A DNA stretch of 62,658 bases, filler included, from Xylographa opegraphella (lineage: Eukaryota), in assembly GCA_022813865.1 (NCBI GenBank). It is 2 parts of 2 records of this genome, joined end to end, with 100 filler letters (N's around TTAATTAATTAA, not from the genome) between each part and the next. Parts side by side here need not be neighbours in the genome. Positions count along the whole stretch, not along the records: positions 1 to 31,593 come from JALDZX010000117.1; 1 more part is not named here. One strand, given 5' to 3'. The notes under the pieces were generated by a model that worked only from the letters and a program-made list of their open reading frames with translations, made no database searches and was not told the origin of the DNA. The translations under genes and the position numbers were made by a program. Positions 14,601 to 28,100 of the stretch are shown one piece after another (within the stretch, counting starts at the first letter, position 1; each line of letters opens with the position of its first letter).

Positions 14601-17600
14601 AAACTAATAATAATATTATTAACATAATTTTTTATAATTTTTTAAATTATTTTAACAGCGAAGATTTTAATAATTTTATAACAAGTTTTACCTTATTCAA
14701 TGATATTGTAATTATTATGATAAAGTATTTATTTATTTCGTATTTTATTACGTTTTTTATACGTATATTTTGTAATAAAATAATATCTATATTAAAATTG
14801 TTTTATACGAAAATTGAAAATATATTATAATTAATAATATAAATAACTATTAATAATCATTATTAAACCATGTTCGATTCAAAGAAAAAATCACGATTTT
14901 CAAAATTTTTAATAATTACAGCTTCACGAGTATTAAATAAATAAAAAAATTTATCGCAAAAAATATTTTTTAAATTTTTAATAATCGATTTTTAATAAAT
15001 ATAATTATTTAAATAAAATCGTAAAATTGAAATATAATTATTTTCTATATGAAATTGATTAAAATACCTTCGAGGGTAATAATATCGATTTTTACTAGTA
15101 TATTTATTTTTAATTTATTAATTAAAAGAATTTGTCGCTTAAAATAAATCGTTTTGTTATTATTATTTGTAAAATAAATATATGAATAACGATTTGTTTA
15201 TTGGCTGTATAATTAAACGAGCCACTATTACGAATCTCTAAAAATAAAAATATTATTTTGATTTTTATAATAAAATAACGCTGTAAAAGAAAATCTTTAT
15301 TAATAAAACTTATAATATATTTTATAAGTAAATAAATATTCGCTTTTTTGTTAGTAAGGAAGTTTGAGTAAACTTTAATTATCATATATCGTTAAATTTA
15401 AATAAATAATTTTTTTGAATTGAACTTTTCAAGATATTAATTTTATAATTTATTAATCGAAGAGCCTTTTTTGTATATTTTTTATTCGATAAAAAATAGA
15501 TTTTTCGTATTAATCTTTAGTGGTTTAATATACAGTTTTGGTTAAACGTATTGAAAAAGTTTATTCTTAAAAAAACAATTTATATCTTTCATATTTACAA
15601 AATTTAATAATATTCGCCGAAAAATTGATTTTTATTATATTATTCTTTTAATTATTATTTGAACTATTTTCGTAATCGTTATTATTATCATAACAATTTT
15701 TATGTTAAAAAGTAATATTTTAATAATAAATTTTTAATAGATTTAATGTAATTCGTCGTTGTTTTTCGAAACGTCATTAAAGATTTTAATTAAATGAAAT
15801 TTTTAATAAAACTTTTTAAGAAAACTTTTTTTATTAATGTTTAAAAGTTAATATTTTAAAAACTAACATTTTAAAAATTAATATTTTAAAAATTCATATT
15901 TCAAAATTCTATTTCCATTTTTTGAATTTTTATTTAATCAATAAATCTTGATTTTATTTATCATCAATATTGTCTTTTTAATTATTATAATTATAATTAT
16001 AATTATATTTCAAAAATCGATTTCGAAAATCCCGATTATTCGCCTAAAAGAATTTAAAAAAAACTTTCAAAAGAAAACTGCCATTATTATACTTATTTTT
16101 TTAATTTTTTTAATTTTTTTATTTTTTAATTTTTTTATTTTCAATTTTCGATTTTCGAATTTATTTATATATATGTTAGACTAATTATATTTTTGAACTG
16201 CAATATATTTAATTGATTGATTTATAATAATTGCAGATATTATAATAAAAATATTATTTTTAAAATATCAATTAAATATTAATTAAATATTAATAAATCA
16301 ATAAGATTTAAATTAAATATAAAATAACAATATCGATATTTTTATCATAAATTAATATTTACTAGCTATATTTTTTAAAATTCTTTCGATTTTTTGCATT
16401 TTTAGTTATATTTTACAATTTTTTAATCAAGATGAAAAAATGCTAAAAGCTTTTTAAAATTTATTTTTTAAGGTTTTATATTAAAATTTTATATTATTCA
16501 AATCGTTATAAAAATTAACACAAAAAATTATCACATTTTTCAATATACTATCCAATAGCTTTATTGAGTAAATAAGTATTAAAATTATGTTTTAATTTAT
16601 TTAATACTTTCATAAAAAACTTTACTCGAAAACGCGAAATAAAGCTTTATATGCTATAATAAATTATTATCGCTGATTTTAATAAATTTAACATTATTAT
16701 TCAACTCAAATTACTTAATTTTTTTGTTTTAAAATATTAAACGGCAGATACTTATAGTTAATATATTTATGTTTATATAAAACTTGCTATGGCTAAAGTT
16801 ACGATAATATTTATAATAATGATAAGTTATTTACTAATAAAATTTATTTTTTAATTTAAATTAAATATTGTTTAAAATATCAAACGAATTAAAAATTTTA
16901 ATAATTTTAAAAAAAGATTACAAAAGGCTAATTTTAAGCCGATACTATAAAATAATAAATTTTAATTGAGTTAAATATAAGTAATTATTTTAAAAATTAA
17001 AACGTTTATGAATTTTCAAAAAGAACTATCGGTCGATAAATTTTTTCAAAAAATTTGTTGTCAATTTGTTTACGAGAATTGAATACGTAATTAATAAAAT
17101 AATAAAAAATAATATTTTATTATCGATTGAAAGAAATATTCATATTTTTTATAAACTTTTTTCGTAATATTTAATTTTAAACGTTTAGTTAATCTTCAAA
17201 AATATTATAAAAATACGATCAAAAATTTTTAAATTCAATAAATTGCTGCGGCGTTTATTCATTCTTTATCTAAAAATAAAAGCTTTTTTACCGAGTTACT
17301 CCTAATTTATCGAATTTTTAATAATTTAATTTTAATAGTTTTAAAATATTTCGTTAAAATACGTGTTAGATTTTAGAAATTTTCGATTTTAATTTAAATC
17401 GAATAAAAGTTTATTTTCAATTTCGATAGATATAAATTCAATGAATATATAATTTTAATTATAAATAAAAATAAAAATAAAAATGTTAGTTTAACGTTTT
17501 AATCAAACTACGATAAAACGCTTACGTATATTAAAATACCAACGAATAAAATAATCAGATTAATTTCTCTGTTTATATTAAAAAGAATTAATAAATAGCG

Positions 17601-18165
17601 TAAAAATAAATTAACGAGTATAATTGATTGAAAAAATAATTAAGAAATTAGGTAATTTTTAATTTTTATACTTAAAATTTTCTTTAATAATATAAAAATA
17701 TTACGAGGGCAACAAATAAAATAAACCAGGATTTTAAAGCAATGACTTTAAAAAACCCAAAGTTTATACAGCTAATTAAAATAATAAAGTAAAAAATTAA
17801 AATAATATTCGAACTATTCGTTCGAATTAGTAGATAAGTTTAACAGAATAATATATTAATTGCTTGCTAATAAAATAAATATTATTATTATATATTACAA
17901 GTACTACTTACTAAAAGCGGGTAATTATATAATTAATAAAAAAATTGTAAAGCCGAAAACTTTATTTATATATACATAAAATTTAATTAAGTAAAAAACC
18001 TTTATTAATTATATATAGCAGAAGTTTTGATGAGTAATCAGGGCAATTGCAGCCAGAATTTATATTCTGTAATTGCAGTAAAAATTTATATTCTGTAATT
18101 GCAGTAAAAATTTGCAGCAAAAATCTGCGGCTTATAACTGTAATATGCGGCCTGTAACTGCAGCA
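11620..18165 (-). mobile_element. RIP-degenerate Ty3/Gypsy retrotransposon (element C), 5' LTR at 17893-18165
   Basis: Minus-strand RT relic at ~13580-14060 (IIDKAFNKL...FVV*K...YKG*KTVNI...FAKVYANNI, a YVDDI relic). A less mutated duplicate fragment reads WKEYYKPGQAKVYPVKQRNRDIIEKLF (~14275-14360). The LTR at 17893-18165 is homologous to the lone LTR at 53411-53645. Confidence 0.75.
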
Positions 18166-21100
18166 TTCAATATTTTAAAGCAAAAAAAATAAATTACTTC
18201 GAGTAAAACAATGATATTATATCTATTAAATTAGCGATAAAAAATAATTTATTATAATATATAAAATTTTATTTCGCGTTTCTGGGTAAAAACCTTTACG
18301 AAAATACCAAACAAATTAAAATATAATTCTAATACTTATTCTTTATGCAGAATTAATAAATAATATATTGAAAATTAAATAATCTTTTTTAATTAAATTT
18401 ATATAATAATTTAAATAATAAAAAATTTTAATATAAAAATTTAAAAAATAAATTTCGAAAATTTCTGGTATTTTTTTATTTCGATTAAAAACTTATACTT
18501 TAAAATTAAAAATATAAAAATTCGAAACGATTCTAAAAAAATACTGTTAATAAATAGTAATTTATAATAAAAATAAAAACATTGCTACAATAAACTACAT
18601 TCAGGTTTTATTAATTTATTAATATTTAAATAATACTTTAAGAATAATATTCTTGTTATAATATTTATTACGACTATAAATAAATTTATTAAATACATTG
18701 CAGTTCAAAACTGTAATTGATTTAATATATATATAAATAAATTCGAAAATCGAAAAAAGATAAATACAATAATCGTAGTTTTTCTTTATTTCAAAAATTT
18801 TCTTTATTTTAATTTTCCTCTTTTTAAACGGGCTATCGGGATTTTTAACATAAATTTTTTAAAAAAACAATCGTAATTATAATAATTAAGAAACGATGTT
18901 AATAGAAAACTGGGTTGAAATTTATCAATAAAGCAGAAATTCGAAAAAGAAAAAAGTTTTTAATTTTAAAAGAAAATATACAAAAATATAGAAAATAATA
19001 TTTTTATCGAAACGTTTGTTTTGCTGAAATCTTTAACAATATTGCTATAAATAACGATAAATTATGTAAATTTTACAAAAAAACTATTATTAAAATGTTA
19101 TCTTTTAAATGAAAAATTATAATAATAATAATGATAATAGCGAAAATGGTCAGAATAATAATAAAGAAAATAATATGTTAAAATTCAATTTCGCAGCGAA
19201 TATTATCAAATTTTATAAATATAAAAAATATCAATTGTCTTTTTTTAAAATAATAAATCTTACTAATACGTTCGTCAAAATTTATATGTTAATCGCCTGA
19301 AATTAATACGAAAAATTTACTTTCCGTCGAACCAAAAATGCTTTAAATACTATTCGTCTAATAAAAAATATACGAAAAAATATTTTTTAATTAATACATT
19401 ATAAAATCAATATTCTCGAAAACTTTATTTAAAAATATACTCGTTTTAAGGCTGGCGATATATTAAAATGAAAGTTAGCTTAAACTTTTTTATAACGGAA
19501 AAACGAATAACTATTTAAATATAAAATATACTATAAATTTTGTTAATAAAAACTTTCTTTTATAGCGCTACTTTAAAGTAAAAATTAAAACAATAATTTT
19601 ATTTATAAAGGTTCGTAGTATTAACTCATTTAATGATACAGCGAATGAATAAATCGTTATTAATATATTCTTTAAAGGCGATAATAGCAAAATAATTTAT
19701 ATTAAATAAAAAATTTATTTAATTAAAAAATTAAAAACGAATGTATTTATAAACCTCAATATTATTACCCTTGAAGGTATGTTAATTAATTTTATATTAA
19801 AAATAGTTATATTTAAATTTTACGACTTTATTCAAATGCCTATATTTATTAAAAATTAATTATTAAAGATTTAAAAAACAAGTTTCTGCGATGAACAACT
19901 ATTTTTTCGTTTTATGCTCGTCAAGGTATATTTATTAAAGGTATTAAAAAAAGTTTCAATTTTTTTTAAAATTATAATTTTCTCTTCGAATCGAATAAGA
20001 TTCGATAATAATTATTAATATTCGTTTATATTATTAATTATAATATATTTATAATTTTCGTACAAAACGATTTTAATATAAATCTTATTTTACTATAAAA
20101 TATCATACGTATAGAAAACGGTAGTAAAATATGAAATAAATAAATATTTTATAATAACAATTAAAACGTTATCGAATAACCTAAAGTTTGTCGTAAAATT
20201 ATCGAAATTTTCGAATTTAAGATAATTTAAAAAGTTATAAAAGGGTTTATTAACAATAATGTTACTAGTTAACGCTGGTGTTTTAAAAATTACTTTTTTC
20301 GATTATTTACGAATATAAATTTACGAATAAAATTACAGTTTATAATGATATATTAATTATCATATTTTTCGAATTTATTACGACGAAGTACTTTAATCTT
20401 TAAATTAATAAAGGAAATATGATAAACGTATTTAAAATCGAATAAATAAATAAATTTTCAATAAATAATTGAAAAAAATACTGTAATCCTGAAGAAGTAA
20501 AAGTATATTTAATAAAATAACCAAATTATAAGATTATTAACAACGTTTTCGATAAATTATACATTTAAAAGAATAAACGATTTTTACTATATTATTTAAT
20601 TATTTATATTTTATAATTTAAAAAAATAAAAATATTTATAATAAAAATAAAAGAATCGACGATATTCGAGTTTTTAATTAAATTACGATATTCAATATTT
20701 ATTTAATACCCTTTTAAGTGAACATACTTATAATTATAAATATTATTATATATATTATTACCGTTAACGCATATTATTATATATATTATTACCGTTAACG
20801 CATATTATTTTTTACTATTAATTAATAAAAAAAAGTATATCGGTATCGTTTAATAATTTTAAATTATAAAGGTCAAACAATCTTTAATATAATAATAATA
20901 TAGAATTTATATTATTCGGTATATACATAAAAAATGATTAATAAAATTTTAAAACCCTGCCGCAAGTTTACAAAAATTTACGTTAATAATATTATAATTT
21001 TCTTATTTTCTTTAAAACAGCATTTGCAATATTTTAACGAAATTTTAAAACTTTTTACGTTATTTAATATATATTTTTTACCTAATAATTCATTTTTAAA

Positions 21101-23762
21101 ATACCTTCTAATAGCTTTATTTAATCAATATTTTGATATTTTAAAATTTAGTAATCGTAAATTTTTTCTTCTAATAATATTATCATTAGCATTCCCGCGA
21201 TTATGTAAAATTAATGAATTTTTTATAATAATATATTTTTTATTACGCAGTAGTCATACAGTTATTATAGCTTTAAAAATAATTTTTAATGAATTTATGC
21301 GAAAAAATATCGCAAAATCAGTTAAACAAATTTATAAAAAATTATTTAATAAATTAAAAATTACAGTATTAATGTTTAAAAAATCAATAGCGTTTTTTAG
21401 ATTTAAAACTTATTAAAAAATCAATAGCGTTTTTTAGATTTAAAACTTATTTTCAAAATCGTTGATGTTAATATATTTTATCACTAAACGATAATTATAT
21501 ATTAATATGAATTTATTATATGAAATTAAATACGACGTCTACGTATATGATATTATCAAATTAATAATTAATAGTATAAATTTTTTCAAATAAAAAACGA
21601 TTTAACAAATTTTATTTCTATAAAAAATTAATTAAATTAAAATATAAATATTGATCAACGAAATCTAAAATTCCCGATTTAATATATATCGTTAAGAAAT
21701 TGCAATATATAATAAATTTCGTAGAATTATCAATTATTATATCTATTAATTATTTAATTATATATTGAATATCTGGATAAATAAATTTTAACATTATATT
21801 AAATAAAAAATTAAATTTTGAACTGATATAAATTTTCAAATATTTTTAACAATTCAAACTTAACGTACGATAAAAATTTAGTAAATTTAATATTATATTA
21901 AGTATATTTTTTAAGCTTTTACGTCCTTAAATAGTTAACAAAATAAAATATTATTTAAAAAATAAATTTAACGCGATTTAATATTTAAAAATATTATAAT
22001 ATTTATCTTTTAATTCAATCGATTTTAATATATTCAATATTTATAATACATATAAACGATAATTTTAAAAAAATAAATAGAAAAATATTTACAAAACTCG
22101 CGATGAATTCACGTTAAAATATAATTAAAATCAATGATAATTTTAAAAATAAAAAGTTTAAATCTTTTATGGTATAGTTAAAAATTTAATTTACTTTAAT
22201 AATATCGAATAAAATTTTCGTCTTCATATTTCTCAATTTATAATTAAAAATATTTCTAAATTTATTTATAATTATTTGATTTATTAAAAATACGATTGTG
22301 TATGTTCAAAATTAATCGAAGATTTATATAATTTTCATATAATCAAAGAGCTATACGTATATATTCAACATTATTTATAATATTAATTCTATCAAATATT
22401 TCGATATAAATTTTATAGTTTATTATAATTAGTTCTAATTTTTCAAGAACTGTTTTATACAATAATAATTGATTTCATATTAATTTTCACGAAATTATTT
22501 TCGAATAAATATAATTACGTAATAACGATAATATATAAATTTAATAAAATTATTATAATTATTTTTCAAAAAAATTTATTCATAATAAAAATTATAATTT
22601 TATTGAATTAATTATATTTATTTCATTAAAAGGTATTTAGAATTATTTTTTTCGATAAAAATCAAAAATCTATAAAATAATTTTAGAAAGGAATTTTCGA
22701 AGCCTTTAATATAATTTCTTTATAATATATTTTATTATTTATAAACGAACGATTAATTCGAACGTTTAAATTAAATCGTAGAAATTGTACTATAATATTA
22801 TATAATAACATTATATAACGATATTGAAAAATATATTTAATTAATTTAATATTTCATTACGATTTAGCTATACTTTTTATAAGTTTATTAATTTTATATA
22901 TATTAATAAAATATTCAAACATATCTTTTATAAATTTAAAACGAAAGAATTATTGAGTCTTTTAGAATTCGAAAACAAAAAATTAATAAAAATGGAGAAT
23001 ATAATATTGACTAAACTATTTATGTTTATCTGTTCAATTACGATAAAAAACTGTTGTTATAATAATGTAAATATTTAATTTAATAATATTAATAATTTAC
23101 GTATAACGAGCGTTAAGAAATGTTGACCTACGTATATTAATACGAAAAACGTAATTACGTTTATATTTATAAAAATAAGAGTTTACTACGATTTAAAGCA
23201 TAAATCGATTTTTTTAAAAAAATATATAATAAATTTAAGATTATATAAAGAATATAACGTATTAAATATTATATAATAAAAAAATTATTAATAAAATGTT
23301 AAATCATTCAGAGATTTTAAACGCACCGATTGCTTGGCGTATAAATTAAAAATTTATACAAAATATAAAAATTTATACAAAATATAAAAATATATTTAAT
23401 AATTTTAACTGTTTATTTAAAATCGATAATATTTTTATAATATAATTTATATAATAAAATAACAATCAATTAATAGTTACCCGTATTAATAAAAGGTTAA
23501 TTAAAATATAAAATTAATCGATGTTATAATCATAATCTGCTTGTTTACTTGTTTATTTACTTGTAAAGCTTTGATTTACCTGCCTGTTTATTTGCTTGCC
23601 TGCCTGATTACAGAACTCTTGCCCTATTTTGCTATTTTAACAAAAAAGCTTTTTATTTAATTAAAAAACTTTTTGTATATATAAACAAAGTTTTTAACTT
23701 TGTAAATAATCAATTTTTTACTTTATATTATATTTACCCTGCTTTTAGCCGTAATTGTAATA
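18166..23762 (+). mobile_element. RIP-degenerate Ty3/Gypsy retrotransposon (element D), related to C, 3' LTR at 23522-23762
   Basis: Plus-strand RT relics PEEVKVYLIK*PNYKIINNVFDKL (~20488-20560) and MINKILKPCRKFTKIYVNNIIIF (ORF 20934; YVDD relic). LTR TGTTATAATC...TTGTAATA is the reverse-complement homologue of the 17893-18165 LTR. The 5' end is interrupted by element C. Confidence 0.75.
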
Positions 23763-25103
23763 TATAATAATATTATTTAATCACTAAAATCCTTCAAAAA
23801 TTTACTAAAAATACGTTTATTAATATAATCGCGCTAGCCTAATTTAGGCTTCGCCGCCAAATTAATCGCATTGAAATATAATTTTATAAAAATACAACCT
23901 CTTCGATACGATTATTTTAATTATATTCGATCGACTTTTTTTTATTAAATATTTATATTTTTAATAGTTCATTTTTAATTACGGTACTAATTTTACCGTA
24001 TTAATTCTATTATATAAATTTTACCGTATTAATTCTATTGTATCAATTTTACCGTATTCACTGCGATAAAAACTCGTTTTTACAAACTCGATATTAAAAT
24101 AATTTAATAAAATCTTTTTTAAAATTTTATTAAGAATTTTTAAATGGGGTTTTTTATTAAATTTGTTAATTTTCCTTCGTATTTTTACAGCTTTGCTTTT
24201 TTAGTTTATTAAATTCCTACGATTTAAATCTTTTATTAAATATTTATACTTTTAATAGCTTTGTTTTCAATCATAGTACTAATTTTATCGTAATAACTTT
24301 ACCGTATTAACTTCGATAAAAATTAGCTATTTCGAGTTTAATATTTCGTAAACTTTTTTGTTGAATATTCTTAAATTTTTTATTACTTTAATTAACTATA
24401 TAAATCCTGGCTTATTGTATTTTATTTTCTAAAATTAAGTGCTTTAAATTCTAATTGGTTTTACTTAATTATTTTTGTTTTTTTTATTTCTTTGACATCC
24501 GTCAGATTTCTGGGTATAAAAATCAAAAATAATTTAATTATTTCAATTTAACTACAATTTTTTTATTATTATTTTAATCATTTTTATTTTACGAAAACGT
24601 ATTTACTAAAAACTTTGTAATAATTTTAACTATTTTTGTTTAAATAATAACTACTGAGTAATTATTATTTAGAGTATCTTTTACTTTAAAAATAAAATAA
24701 AGAATTATAAACGATATTTGCGTTGTAATAGCCGCAATTTTTATAGCTTTAAAAACTTTATTTTCATCGTTATATTTATTAATATTCAATAGCTTTTTAT
24801 ACCGTAAATATTATTCCCAAAAATTTCGAAAATTGCACTATTGATATATATTGGAGCTCGCTTTTAATACAGTAAAATTGATATATTTATAATAATTACG
24901 TTTAAATTGTTACGTTTTAAATTCTTCGCGCAGAATTTATTAAAAATTTCTATTTTCAATATTTTAAATTTAAGCAAAATAATAAGCTATAATTAGCTTT
25001 CGTTTACCTTAAAATTATTACGATTAAATAATAATAATAATAAATACAATTAAAAATTAAAAATATAAACAAAATCTAGAGAAATTTTTAAAAATTCATT
25101 AAG
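23763..25103 (+). mobile_element. Leader/gag fragment of another C/D-family Gypsy copy, cut by element E
   Basis: 24350-24450 aligns by eye with the reverse complement of 17710-17815 (ATAArCCAGGATTT...AATATTCrAAC). It follows directly on the 23522-23762 LTR. Confidence 0.45.
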
Positions 25104-28100
25104 TGTGAAATGCAAGGTTTGAGCTCAAAGTACAATATATATTTAATTTATTGAACTGAAATTAAAGAGGAAAGCGTTCAGGATTGTAGGTTTTAATTAT
25201 ATATATATTAAACTTTTTATACGGAAAGCTACGCCTAGAATACGGGCAGTCAAAAATTACGTTTAAAATATAAATCGACAGACAGGCAGACAGGCAGATT
25301 AAACGTTATTTCGAATTTTATATTTTACAGTATTCTCCCCTTTTTATACTTTTAAGCCTTAGAAGATTTAAAATTTTACACGAGCGAAACGTAAAATATT
25401 TATAATTGTAATATATAAAGTAAATATAAATAAAATATAAAAATAATAAATACAAACGTAATATAAAACTTGGCGAATATAAATATAATATAAAATTTCG
25501 CGAATATAAATAAAATATAAGATAATAAATATAATATAAACGTAACGTAAATTTATTGATAAAATATAAATACAAACGAAATATAAATTAATAACTCTTT
25601 TGTAAAATTCTGAATAATTATTTGTTAAACAGAGAGGGCTTAAGGTAAAAAAGGATTTTTTGTAAAATTCTTTTATTAATAACGATAGATTTTGCTTGAT
25701 AATTTTTATTAATTTAATAACAATATTTTTGTATTTACGTTTTATATATTTTAATTGCACTATTTCTGTAATGACTATTTCTGTAATGATAAATTTTTTA
25801 TATAATTCGTTTTTATCTATTATTTTAATAAAAAATGAAATGGTTAGCGCTCGCGTATTTATTTGTTATAATTTAAATAATTTTATATAAAAGACTTTTT
25901 AAATTTTATATACATTCGAGAGGTTCGATTTGTAAATTTATTTTTTGATACGTTTAATATTTCGAAATAGTTTAAAACATTAACCGTTAAGCTTTTTTAA
26001 ATAAGCGTATTATTTAAATATTCGTATTTTTTTTAAAATAATCAAGTCGCCTACTTTAAATTCCATTAAAAATAGTATTCATTATAGTATTTTGCCTAAG
26101 TTTTCTTTACGATTTTAATTATATTCTTTTATATTTATTATATTTTTTAATATTCTCTGCGTAAATTATAGCGTTTATTAAGATTTTATTAACTTTAACG
26201 TTTATTATTATTTACAATCATTAATATTCTTAGCTTAAAAAAATACTTTTATGAATATATTGATATTATTATTGTATATATATTTAATTAATAATAAATA
26301 ATTTAATTAATCGTTTTGATTTTAAATAATAAAGACTTGTAAGTATTATTTCTTTATTTAATTTTATTTTTTAATTTGTTTATCGAATTGGGAATAATAC
26401 ATTATCGATACTTTAAGTTTAATTTATAATGCTTCGAATAGTATTTTCTAAAATTTTAATATAGATAAAATTTCTTTATCGCTTACAATTAATTTTAAAT
26501 TTATATAGTATTTAAAAAGATTTAATTCTTAAATATTCGAATTAAGCCGCGTTTATTTTAATGTAATCTAAAATAAATAGTTTTAGATAGTTTATTAATT
26601 ACAGTTATTATATAATGATATTTTAATTTCTAACTTTTATCGGCCGACAATGTAAAACTCAGGAGTTTTACAATTGTATTAATTAAGATTTTAATTTCAA
26701 TATGGCTAAAAATAAATAGTAATTACAGTTTTTCGTTCGATATTGATTTTAAATTCCTTTATTTTTTTAATATATATGGTATATTTTTATAAAATTTCAA
26801 ATAAAACTTTTAAATTTCAGTTAATAATAGTATCTGCTAACATGATAAGATATTTTGTTATTAAAGTATTGTAATATTTTTTTAAACGTAATTTTATAGC
26901 TTAAATAAAATGTAAATTTTATTGTTTTCGAAAAATAATAAGCCATCGCGAATGATAAAATTTAGTTATACTATCGATATTGGGATTACGAAACGAGACG
27001 TATTATTTCTTAATAATAATTATTTAATTTAAAATAATAGATTAATTTATGTATCGTTAAATATCATGATTAAACACTTTTTAATGTTTTATGTTGTTAT
27101 TAATTCGTAGTTAAGGAATTTTTTAAAAAGATTTATAAATATTCTTACGTTAATAAACTATAATATAAACTTTTTTTAATTTAAAATTTATTATATAATC
27201 CGCGTGTCGTAAGGGTACATTAGCTAAATTTAAATCATAAAATACATATAAAATTACGAATTTAAAATTAGTAAAATATTTCGCTTATCGCGTTTATTGC
27301 CGTAATAAATTTATTATAATATTAAATGTACGTAAATTATTATAATATTAAATGTACGTAAATTATTATAATATTAAATGTACGTAAATTATTATAATTA
27401 CTGTATATAATAATGTATTTTTTACGTTTTTAAAATAATGTTTCTAAGCTTTAAAAACTGCCACGATAGTTAAAAGTTCGCTATTTTTTATAGTATAATT
27501 TAATTTAAAAGCGATTAATTTTCTAAAAAAAATAATAATAAAATATTGATATATATTTTTTTATTTCTATTAAAATTCTTTTACAATCGCGAAATCGCTT
27601 GCGTCGTGATATATAAAACGTTATTTTTTCGAAAGAAAATATCGAAGTAAAAATATTTTTAAAAATATCGTTTTTAATTTTTCAAATACGAAAAAAGCGT
27701 TGTTATAGTTATAACGAAAAAAGTAAATACTTTTTTTAATTAAATCGATTCGAAATACGATAATTTTGTTATAATAAAAAAAGAAAGCGTCGATAAAAAT
27801 TCGTAAAATTTAAAAAAGCTTAAATTTTTTTTAAAAATATATCAATACGAATTAATTCGATATCGTAAAAAATTAAAAGAAATTTATAAATATATTAAAT
27901 ATAAAATTTTAAAATTTTAAAAAATTAATAAATTCGACGCTAAATAAATATTTTGAAAAATTCATATAAAGGTTATTTTTGCGTAATAAATTTAATAAAT
28001 TTTTTACGTTTTTTACGTAATCTTTAAAATTATTTAAAAAATATTCAAATATTGTTGAGGTACGTAATTATCGTTTTAATGATTATTTATCGTAAAATAA

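Noticed and set aside
11616..15078. TACCCTCGA / TCGAGGGTA as TIRs of a DNA transposon
   Set aside because: Only 9 bp, and the interval contains Gypsy RT sequence of element C.
708..25890. Short I/K/N/F/L/Y-rich ORFs in the left AT-rich block
   Set aside because: Chance frames or remnants of RIPed retroelements (e.g. 20934-21416 is an RT relic, 10813-11061 an integrase relic); not functional genes.
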